Assembly (NCBI RefSeq): GCF_001194135.2
Contig: NC_068997.1
Coordinates: 5,527,475 to 5,591,474, forward strand
From: Octopus bimaculoides
Taxonomy: Eukaryota
Direction of reading: 5' to 3'
Length of the DNA stretch: 64,000 nucleotides
Shown: piece after piece, positions 53,280-64,000 of the stretch
Numbering within the stretch: position 1 is the first letter of the stretch
How the letters are laid out: each line of letters opens with the position of its first letter
Made by a program: the position numbers and the translations under genes
Notes under the pieces: generated by a model
The model's database searches: none
What the model was told of the DNA's origin: nothing
What the model saw: the letters and a program-made list of their open reading frames with translations, nothing else

Positions 53280-54260
53280 CTCAAAAATAAAAGACAATCT
53301 AAAGAAGTAAAACATGGAAGCTATAAGATCCCTTGGTTAGTTGTAGGTTCAGAGAAACTCTAATTGATGGCAGAGGAAAGGAGATTAAGACTTAGAGGAC
53401 AACCAGGGTTCCATGTGAGAAAACCTGCTGAAGGTTACAGATTATATCTGTGGCTGGTGCAAAGTCTTAGATGAGAGGTAGAATGCTATGGGAGATAGAG
53501 CCATTAAATCTAAGAAAGAGACTTCTGAAGATTCAAAGAAAGCGAGCAGCTGTGAGTGTTACCAAGTACCTAGAAGAGAAGCAAGGTGTTGAGTATATTT
53601 AGCTAGGGGAGAAGCAGAAGTGAAAATGTTTGCATATGTTTTGTGACAGGAGGACCAGAAGCATGAAGCATTCCAGATTGCAAGACTGTGCCAGAAGAAA
53701 TACTTATGCCAATGAAAAGAAGTGTATTTGGAATGATAGAAGCACACTTGCCCTTAACATTGCTGAAGAGAAAAGGGATAGGGAAGTGCTATCATGAGAA
53801 AAAGTTGAACAAGGAGAATGTATGAGAAAGAGAGGATTTATCCTAAGTAGACCCAACAGAGGGACCAGTCATCTAGGCTGAGACTGCAACATAGTGGATA
53901 AAGCAATTAAGGATACAAAAGCAAGGAATACAGCTGGTTTGTCAAGGATAGGCACAAAGGTGCTGAAAATATGGTGAAGTAGATCATGTTCTTGTCATGT
54001 GTATAATGAGTGTGATGAATGAATAAGAGATAGAGATATGCTAAGTGAAAAAACTGGATATAAGAGTAATCAGATATAGTGTGTAGGAGAGAAGAGAGTT
54101 GTGCTTGCTATGGGTATGTGATGCATATGAGGTATAAAGAAGTGCAGGGTGCTCTTAGAGATTGGAACAGAAAGAGAGAGAGATGTAACAAAACTATGAA
54201 AATTTTGTCTCAGAATGCTGGGTCTCATGATGATGATGAAAAAAAGATTGTGATAATTAG
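53280..54260 (+). mobile_element. RTE-clade LINE internal fragments, heavily decayed
   Basis: RREARC*VYLARGEAEVKMFAYVL*QEDQKHEAFQIAR matches the RTE EN-RT linker; C-terminal CYGYVMHM remnant near 54100. Confidence 0.7.
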
Positions 54261-54423
54261 TGATAGGTGGTGCTGGAGAGGACCTTTCCACCTGTGCAAA
54301 GCTTGTGAAACAAACATTGGATGGTAATAGTGTTGGAGACTGGCAGGTATATGATCTCCCATTTAATGCAACCTCTGTAACTGTCTCTTTATTCATCCCC
54401 AGACTCATTGGTATCCTACCATT

Positions 54424-54461
<38 letters not shown>

Positions 54462-55139
54462 CCATGCTGTCATTTTACCGGTGAGTTTTGCCAGAAAAAG
54501 CTTCTAAAAGTTTGGAGTAAGTTTTGGGAAACTGCTTCAAGTTTCTTTGGTGATAACCGTTGCAAAGTGCAGTGTGAGCAACTACATAAAAACTCCTGTA
54601 CTGGTTTACTTGCATTTCATCATGATGATGGTTATGATCATTGTTGATTATAATGAAACTTAGTATTACTATAATACATCCAAGCTTTTATCTTTGTAAA
54701 TCCTTAAAACCTGTTTAATAATTAAGTTGTTATATTCTCAATATCAGCTTTGACTGAGTTCAGTCTTATTGTGTTTATTTTATTTTTATGAAAGAAAGCA
54801 TTATTAATTAAAATAAATCATTATTTTATTTTTTAATCCTTGAATTAACTAATAAACAGTTGCTATCTTTGCTTAACAACAGTTTTTTTTTATTCAATTA
54901 TATTTTCATGTTTTATTTTTTATTCTATTTCCAAGTTATCAATAATAAAAATAATGCATAACTTTTAATTAGATTCTCATTAACAATATGTTTTGTAAAC
55001 CTATTATCTTACCTGTTCAGAAGTTATAAATAAGCTTGTTAATGTTAAGGTAATATAACAATTGACAGGTGGTGGGTGGGGATTTGAGTGAAGGATTAAA
55101 TTGTACCACTTCAGTAACACCAACAAACGGCAATAATAA

Positions 55140-56010
55140 TGATGGTTTCAGATTTTGTGTACAAGGCCAGCAATTTTAGTGGGGGGAGGAGTTAATTGAT
55201 TACATCAACCCCAGTACTTGACTAGTATTGTATTTTACCAACCCCAGAGGGATGTAAGGCAAAGTTTGCCTCAGTAGAATTTGAGCTTAAAATGTAAAGA
55301 GTTGGAAAAAACAAATGCTGTTAAGCATTTTGGCTGATATGCTAACAACTCTACCGACTTTCCATCCTTTGCCTTTAATAATGATAATAATGGTTTCTGA
55401 TTTAAATACAAGCCAAAGAAATTTCAGGCAAGGGATTAAGTTGATTGCCATCTGCCTCAGCATTTTACTGGTACTTTATTTTGACAATCTCAGAGAAATG
55501 AAAATCAGGGTTAATCGCTTGATAAGATTTGAACTCAGAACAGAAAGAACCTGTACAAATACTGCAAAGCAATTTTCCCCAACACTCTAATGCTTCTGCC
55601 ACTTTTGATGGTTTCTGATTTGGATACAAGACCAACAATTTTAAGATGAAGGGATTAGTCCAGTAATGACATGATGCTTTATTTTATCAATCTCGAAAGG
55701 AAGAAAGGCAAAATTGAGCTTGGAAAGATTTTACCTCGGATTGTAAAGAGCTGGAAGAAATGCTGTTGAGTAGTTTGTCTGACATACTTATGATTCTGCC
55801 AGCTCACTGCCTTTGTTTCAACTTTTTTAATGGGAGGAAGCGAGTCAATTGCATTGACCTCAGTGTTCAAGTGGTACTTATTTTATTGACCTTGAAAGGA
55901 TGAAAAGCAAAATTGCCTCTGCATGATTTGAACCTACTATGTAAAGAGTTGGAAGAAATGCCACTAAGCATTTTGTTCGACATGCTAATGAGTCTACCAG
56001 TTTGCTGCTT
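55140..56010 (-). repeat. Head-to-tail array of about 4 decayed Meta-like SINE copies
   Basis: The g(g)atgaaaggcaaa...gaatttgaactc...aatgctgttaagcatttt...gctaac module recurs about every 220-240 bp. Confidence 0.75.
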
Positions 56011-57197
56011 AAATAATAATGGTAATTCATCAAGGTCAACCACGGCAGTGTTTGATATGAGAATACCGTAAGGTGGTGTAGGGAAGGGCTTTGCAAGTAT
56101 TAGTACAACTTTCTGTGTATTGAGACTGAATCCTGCTAGTGTTGATAAAATGATCAGCACCAATCAACAATTGTTATCAAGTAAATTGAGTATAATCTTC
56201 TTAAAACTGAAATCCTTTTTATTCAAAGCATAGTCACAAGATCCTACATTATCAGCTTATGGATTTAGGTGGGTTGGAATTCCAGGCACAATCCCCACTA
56301 GCCTTTATATTATATCTATGACCACACTTTCAATGTTTTTTCTTTAAATCTGGTAGATTGTGATATGAAGGAGATATGGCTGCTGTGTGTATCAACATGT
56401 AGGCTCCTTATGGAGGTGGTGAAAAAAAAATGTTAGGGTAGAGTAGTGGGGATTGGGGCAGTGTCGTTAGTCAACCCTAACAGTTCTTCATAGTCACTCA
56501 CACCACTGTTCTCACTTTTATATTCTTTACCTTGATCCCCACAATTCATGGGAACCTCTTTCATTTTATTAGAAATAGCAGATAAAGCTCTGTTCAAATC
56601 ATACTTTCTCTCCTTGCTTACCATAGGAGAATATATAAGGATAATATGGTCCTAGAAGCACTGTCTAAAAATAAGATTTTTAGACACACTGGTTGTGATC
56701 AGAATACCTTACTTCTGGTTGATCACAGCTAAATAATCTGTACAAGTACAGGCATAGCTATGTGGTTAAGAATTTCTCTTCTCAGTCATGTGGTTTTAGG
56801 TTTAGCTCCACTGTGCAGCAGCTTGAGTGAGTGTCTTCTCTAGCTCTAGGTTGACCAATGCCTTATGAATGAATTTCATAAGCATAGACTGAAAAAATAC
56901 CTATCATCGTCTTTGTCATCATTATTGTTTTAACATCCACTTTTCCATGCTTGCACAAGTTGGATGGATTTCATTGAGGCAGGTTTTCTATGGTCGGTTG
57001 CCCTTCCTGTTGCTATCCCTTACCTGTTTCCAAACAAGGATAGGGTAATCTTTTCCTATGATGGGGCATGATTTTACAGATTAGAAATGAATGACACCAC
57101 TTGTGTGACAGTAGCTCACATTTACTAACTATCATACTATATCAAAACAAAGAAGCACAAACATGCATACAACACATTCATATGCACACACACGCAT

Positions 57198-57243
<46 letters not shown>

Positions 57244-57543
57244 ACCATCATTATTAGTATTATTATTATTATCATCATCATCATCATCATCATCATCATT
57301 CTAACATCCATTTTTCTATGCTTGCATGGTTTGAATGAAATTTTTTTGAGTCTGATTTTCTGCAGCTATATGCCCTTCCTATTGCCAATCCTCTCTTGTT
57401 TCCAAGTAAGGTAATATTTCCCCAAGACCAGACATGTTTTCGTAGAAGATTGGAAACAAAGGAATCAGTTGTATGACAGTGACACTTGTTTTACACTTTA
57501 CATATATCATGTAATGTCAAAACTAGGAGATAGTAGTACATAT

Positions 57544-57579
<36 letters not shown>

Positions 57580-58907
57580 CCATACACACATACACACATG
57601 ATGAGCTTCTTTCAGTTTTCATCTACCAAATATAATCTCAAGGTGTCACACAGTGAGACTGAACCTGAAGCCACATGGTTGGGAAGCAAACTTTGTAACA
57701 GCTTAGCTATGCTTGTGTCATCTTGACATCACATGCCAGTTGTGAGTAAATATTATTCTCATACAAATGGTGCTCTTTGTTTGCAATCTCCTGTGAAAAC
57801 ATTCTTGGACTAGGGGAAAATATTACCTTGCTTAGAAGCAGGTGTAGGTTGGCAACAGGATGAGCATCTGGCTTTAGAAACTCTACTTCGACACATCCCA
57901 TTTGATATATACAAGCAGGGAAAAGTAACTGTTAAAAGGATGATAACGGTGATGATGGTGATAGTGATGGTGATAATGTGATACAGTCTGGTTTTGCTTT
58001 CATTTCAGAACAACAGTTTTTAGTAATATTTGTACTTATGGTCAGTAAGTGTTTTGCAACTTCAGTCTTATTGGATTGATATAATTTTTTTTCCTCAGTA
58101 GTAAAAAAGAAACCGTTTATTGATATTAAAATTTACAAGTCAGAAGAATCTAACATAACCTAATCTCTATTGGGAAGTAGTGCCAATAGTAAATGCTAGG
58201 AAGTGCATGTCTTTGTGGAAGCCAAAGAGTTTCATGGAATTGCTCTAATTGACACTGTTATTTGATGCCATTTTACCAACACACACAAAAGTTGTCTGGT
58301 ATTTTTACAGTCTCTTCATAATATTCTTTGAAGTTGTCAGGGCTGGGTCACTGGGTGGGACAGAGCTGTGTATGTTCTTCAATTCTGGGGACTGTGGTTC
58401 TGGAAAAATAGTTTATCTCTTCTGCTGACTGCTTTAGAAGTATTTTTTCTTTCTGTCATCACCATCAATATCTGTCATGTTCCCTAACATCACCATCCTC
58501 AACACTTAAACTATCATTACTACCACCATTAGCATCTTGGCCTGCTAGAAATAGTAGTCAAATTTGGTCAGATCACATACTGCTTTCTTAAAAAGAAAGA
58601 AAATATTTTAGATAATATAGTCCAAGATAAACTTTTTGAAATAAAAAGCTAGGATAATCATGCTAGGTCAGAGTTTATTACTTGGAGTTAAAAACCGTAT
58701 AATCAATATTACCAATGTCAGTGTTATTACCACTTGCAATATATATTTTGACTCTTTGCACTGAGTTCAAATTCTGCTAAAGTTGGCTTTACCTTCCATC
58801 CTTTCAGGGTTGATAAGTTAAAGTAGCAGTCAAATACTGGGGTCAGTGTTATCGTCTAACCTCTGCCCTCAAAATAACTGGCCTTGTGTCTAAAAGAAAA
58901 GCAATTA

Positions 58908-59228
58908 GGATCTTGTTCAAAACGGGGGCACCAGTATTTTCTTAACGAAACACTTTGAAACTTGGGACACTGGTAGAATGTGTCATATAAAACATCTTTT
59001 TCTCTTAGTCTTCTTAACAAAAAAACCTACATCGCAAGTTATTTCATGTTAAAGTTGTCATATTTCTGTAATTTCAACCAATAACTGACGTCCATTCAGC
59101 TGGATAAAAATTTTTTTCTGTTCTATAACACAAAATAGATAAGTATACGAAGTTTGAAAGTCTTTCGGTACACAAAACACTACATAAAACATTAATGAAA
59201 ACTGGTGCCCCCGTTTTGAACAAGATCC
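58908..59228. mobile_element. MITE with perfect 28-bp TIRs and 8-bp TSD (Merlin-like)
   Basis: TIR ggatcttgttcaaaacgggggcaccagt (58908-58935) and its exact inverted copy (59201-59228); AGCAATTA on both flanks (58900-58907, 59229-59236). Confidence 0.92.
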
Positions 59229-60910
59229 AGCAATTATTACCATTATTAACATCATTACCAGTATGGAGGGTACCCTAATTCCACTTTACAGGCCAAACCT
59301 ATTTTGGACTTCTCAAAGTTAAACCAGAAATTTTTAAAAACAATCTGATTCATTTAACTTTTTATGCATATTGACTAAAATTATGATTCATGCGCATCCA
59401 CAAAGTAATTTCATTGCAGCTACAGCCTTCCATCTGTGACCATCCCATCCTGGAACGTCATCGTTCTTTTCCATGCTTGCATGGATTGGATAAAATTTGT
59501 ATTTCATCCAGTTTCCTGAGAGCAGTACTTCACCCTGTTTCCAGAGGGCAGTGCTTTACTCAGTTTTCATGTTAACCTTCCTCTTCAAATGGTATTTGGA
59601 AGAAGGTAGTATTTAACTAATGAGGAAAAGCCTTTATAGTCAGTCTTTTGTAAATGTGTCCACAATAGGATCTTCTTTTAATATGACCATCATTATTCAT
59701 CCTTTCTTACTGAAGAAAAGCAGAGAAATGATTTTCATGGACAGAGGAAATCTTCTTGTTCTTCTTATCAATGGAAGACAGAAGTCTTCTCTTGTAGAGG
59801 CAAACTACTCACCCTTTCCTTGTTGAAGGAAAGCAGTGAGACCAGTGTTCACAACGAAGCCAATTATTTTCACAGAGGTCAATGACCAAACTTCTAAGAG
59901 TACCACTATCTTTTTGTATAGTTTGCAGTTTCATTTAATAGCTGCTAGTGTGTATTCACTCACTCATTCCTACACACTCTGTCTTGCTCACACTTTCACA
60001 CATGACCTTGTAGTACTTCAGACTCTCTCTATTTCTCTGTCCTCCCTACTACACTGGCATGCACACACATACACACACTGAGTGGTTGGCATTAGGAAGG
60101 GCATCCAGCTGTAGAAAGTCTGCCAAATCAGACTGGAGCCTGGTGTTGCCATCCGGTTTCACCAGTCCTCAGTCAAATCGTCCAACCCATGCTAGCATGG
60201 AAAGCGGACGTTAAACGATGATGATGATGATGATGATGATTAGATAGAATGCCAACTGTGCCACATGTATTAACACGAAGATATCAAGACTGAAAGAAGT
60301 AATTGCTATTTGCTATCAAAAATTGTTTTTCATTTCATTTCGTTTCTTCTTACTGTTATCATTGTTATCATTATTTTCTTGTAGAAAAATGGATGCATAT
60401 ATCAAGTCATGAATACACCAACATTGGTTATCAACTGGTGGGCAAATACAAACACTAAGATACACATGCAAAGATGTGTGTGTGCGCACATGCACACACA
60501 TGCGCATGAGTGTGATGGGTTTCTTTCAGTTTCTGTCTACCTAAGACACTTGCCCAAGGTGCTATGCAGTGGGACTGAACCTGGAACCATGTAGTTGGGA
60601 AGCAAACCTCTTATCACAGAGCCAGCTGTATAGCATACTTAATTATATAAGCCAGTTACAAGTATTTGTCCTGAGGTGCCATCTCTCATGGACTGATGTT
60701 AAAAGCAGTAAATATCAGAGAGAGATAAAAATTCACCCCAGCAGTGGCCAGTGATAGTACCAGATGCATTTTGGTCTTTTGGGGATTTTTCGTGCCTTTT
60801 TAGTGTCACATATTCTCTGATATTTATTGTGATTTTTGACTCAGCAAGCCTGTAAGACATTACCTTAGAACAAATATTGCAGTAACTGGCCTATTGGTAG
60901 CGTGCATATA

Positions 60911-61130
60911 TTAACCCTTTAGCATTTAATCCAGCCATATCCGGCCAAAATATTCTACCTGCTTTATATTCAAAATGGTCAGATATGACCTTCACACCTA
61001 CTCTACAACAACATTCTAAAAATAAACTACACACCATCAAAATCTTAAAGCTATGAGATAGGTCATGATTAATACAAAACAATGGGAAGAAATAAGCATT
61101 ACATTTAACAGAGTAATCTGAATTTTAATG
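60911..61130 (+). mobile_element. piggyBac-like MITE remnant
   Basis: TTAA followed by cccttttagcattt terminus; inverted similar copy at ~52905-53085; right end not intact. Confidence 0.55.
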
Positions 61131-61143
61131 GGCATGCTACATA

Positions 61144-61348
61144 TGAGGCAGTGCTGAAAAATTCCTGGCTTTGGGTAAAAGAAAATACAGGAGGGTCAGT
61201 TAATTATGATTCTATTCAACATATTCCCCCTCTCAGATTTACACACTTCAAGTTTTCTAAGCCCTGTAAAAGAACTCGGATTGTTGGGCCTCCAATCAGA
61301 CCTTTCACAATACCCTTAAAGCCAGGAACCTTTCAGCACCCCTGCGCA
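61144..61348. mobile_element. mariner-derived MITE
   Basis: Imperfect TIRs (tgaggcagtgctgaaaaattcctggcttt versus aaagccaggaacctttcagcacccctgcgca) flanked by TA on both sides. Confidence 0.75.
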
Positions 61349-64000
61349 TATGGGTATTTTAATTAAATGCTGTCTCAGTCACATATACCAGATATATGTG
61401 TATACAGATATGTATACATATGTAGTTGTGTGTGTGTGTGTGTATAGATATATATATTCTCACCCCACCTCCTATCCTTTTCTCTGAAGATTTGATACTA
61501 GTGATGTTCAGACCTTAAAACAAACAGTAGACTCCACTCCCGTGATTCAGTGGTGGCAGTAGAGCAGCTGCAGCAACACTTGTGTTAGTCCTGTTAACTC
61601 TTAGTGGCAATACCTTTGGTGGTGGTAGTTGTTTAGCCTCCAGTCAGCCCTGATGAGCATGATAGAAAGCATTTCACTCATCACTAACCTGTCTTTTTGT
61701 CCTATATGCAGGGAAAGCCAGGACCACATAATTGAGCATGTCCTATAAGACACTAGGATGTAATTTTAAGGGAAATTTAGCTGTTATTTCTAGCAGATTG
61801 AAAGACTATAGAAGCTCCATCATTTGGCTGAGTTATATTGTTGGGTTTAATATTAATGGGTAGAAGTAATAATGATAATATTTCTTTTTAATTTCAGTAT
61901 AAGGACAGCCATTTTAAGGAGAAGGTGTTAGTTGATAACATTGACCCTAGTGCTCAATTAGTACCCCCGTTATCAAATCCTGAAAGGATGAAAAGCAAAG
62001 TTGACTTCTGTGGTATTTGAACTTAGAACATAAAAAGCCAGAAGAAATGTTGTTAAACATTTTGTCTAACATGCTAACAATTCTGCCAGCTCACCATCTT
62101 GATGATAGTGATGATGATAAATAATAACTGCGATAGCAGTAATTAATATTCCTCTAATTTGTTAGTGTTGGTAGTGGTTGCAGTAAAATTCTTCTAGTTT
62201 CCACCTAATTATTTAATCATTTAATGATGCAAATGAAGATTTATTTAATTATGAAGATTGATATTTGATAATTAATTACCACAACTGTTTTGTTGATGTT
62301 GATCTTAATGGTGTTGTTGCTGATATGGAAAAAGCTCATTATATATGTTTTGGTGTTGTATTCTAGATATGCCCTACTTTAATCTATTCCAAGATGACCC
62401 ATGTTGCACACTCTACCATGTAATGATTGTTGTTGTTCAGCCCCAGGTTAATGCAGGGTGAGCAGATCTGTGACTTGTTGGGAGCTGCCCAAACAATTGG
62501 TAGTAATCCTCAGATTTACACCTCTTGATATGCTGAGCAAGTTTTTACATGGTGCTCAGTCTGCTAGAAAGAACAGCCACATCTTCCTCAAACTTTACCA
62601 TCATTTTAATATTTACTTTTCAATGCTTGCATAGGTCAGCAGAAATTTGTTACGGTAGATTTTCTAAAGCAGGGTACCCTTCCTGTCACCAACCCTCACC
62701 TGTTTCAAAGCAAGGTAATATTTTAGTCTAGTCCAGGCATGTTTTTCATGGAAGATTGCAAACACATAACTGCTTGTACAAATGGTGACTCTTGTTTACA
62801 ATTAGACAAGGTGCCTCTCCCCACTACATGTACACAGATATTGGATAATTGTCTTGTAAAGAAGACTACACCACAAAACACTTGTTACTTATTAAAGGCA
62901 AGAAATGAAATGGTTTGGTCATATAGTACAACAGCAAGTTACTCCTACTTCAAGGGAATGCGGTTCTCCATAGACAGGTGACTTCTCAAAGGGGTATAGG
63001 ATGGTTTGAGAAGGTGGTTAAGTAACAAAAAATTGATTAAATTAGTGGCAACCAAGTAGGCTGATGACTGAGGATGTAGAGTAGAGGACATTTATTGTGC
63101 ACCAATAGTCTCTACTAGTTACATACTTTAATGTAATATGAGAAAAATAAGACAGGGTGGCCATGGCTAGAATGTAGGTTAGATAATAAGAGTTTCATCA
63201 TAGACAGCCATAACTGTGAGTATCTTGTTCTTTTGCATAATAAAGACTACATTCTCTAATGTGTTCTTTTTTAAACCAGTAGGATAGAATCTACAGGAAA
63301 TTTGCTGCTATTTTTAGCAATTTGTGTGCTTACATAAAGGCTTTATTGGTTACATAGGTGTGCAGTGTGGCACTGAAAATGCCTTGTACCTATTTTATTT
63401 TCCAGTCTAAGCAGAGTGTTACTCTTTTTCATAAAAAATGCTCTGTTGCTGGCACTAGCAGGTTGTGGGTGGAGTAAACCAGGTAGGTTAACTTCCAAAA
63501 TGGCTTGTTGCCTGTTCTTTCATAGGCACAAATGAAACTTTGTGGTTAAGAATTTTGCTTTCCAACAACATGATTTGGGGTTCAGTCAATGGATTTGGTG
63601 GATGAAATCTAAAAGAAGCCAATCATGTGTGTGTGCTTTATATCTCCTTGTCTTGACACTGTGTAATAATTCTAAATGATTACTACTGTCAAGCAGTGTC
63701 ATTTGTTTCCAATATTCTGTGCAAACACGTCTGGCAATGGAGAAATATTACTTTGCTTGGAAACTGGTAAGGGTTAGCAACAGGAATGGCATCTGACCAT
63801 ACAAAAATATACCTTAATAAACTCCAATAAATCCATGCAAGCATGGAAAAGTGGATATTAAATGATGATGTTGATGTACTAATATATTATGTTGGAGGAA
63901 TTAAAAGTACTTACTGCTCCAAACACACAACAGACATTCATTCCTGTTGTGGATTTGAATTCAGAACTGTTCAGATCACAATGTGGTACACTACATTTGC

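Noticed and set aside
56433-56624. Protein-looking minus-strand ORF MVSKERKYDLNRALSAISNK...
   Set aside because: Its first part overlaps a decayed SINE-like repeat (tagaaatagcag...aaatcat) found elsewhere in the window; no domain or splice support.
59683-59900. Open frames and a perfect minus-strand donor (AGG|GTGAGT at 59812)
   Set aside because: No convincing acceptor or recognisable peptide, and no partner exons on that strand.

Overview
Eukaryotic, repeat-dense draft-genome window with 11 N gaps. It is most likely from an octopus or other cephalopod (inference from extreme (TA)n/(CA)n density, tRNA-derived SINE families and RTE-type LINEs). I found no intact protein-coding gene, tRNA, rRNA or CRISPR array. 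The window is a mosaic of decayed mobile elements: a Tx1/L1-clade LINE (~7.7-10.1 kb), a full-length but inactivated Tc1 transposon with unusual DD36E spacing (11182-12433), RTE and mariner fragments, a perfect Merlin-like MITE with 28-bp TIRs and an 8-bp TSD (58908-59228), many SINEs, and several Penelope-like element (PLE) remnants on the minus strand. The best hidden signal is a complete type I hammerhead ribozyme fold at 25330-25420 (-). It has the CUGACGA/GAAA/GUA core, a 13-bp stem II and a self-complementary stem III, and lies in a PLE-like terminal region. A half hammerhead sits at 1420-1450 and a degenerate one lies downstream of a PLE GIY-YIG domain (~46.5 kb). By eye, CpG content alternates in multi-kb blocks, and scattered plus-strand splice signals hint at one or two unannotated spliced transcripts. 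All motif calls were made by eye; no database searches were run, and many repeat boundaries are approximate.
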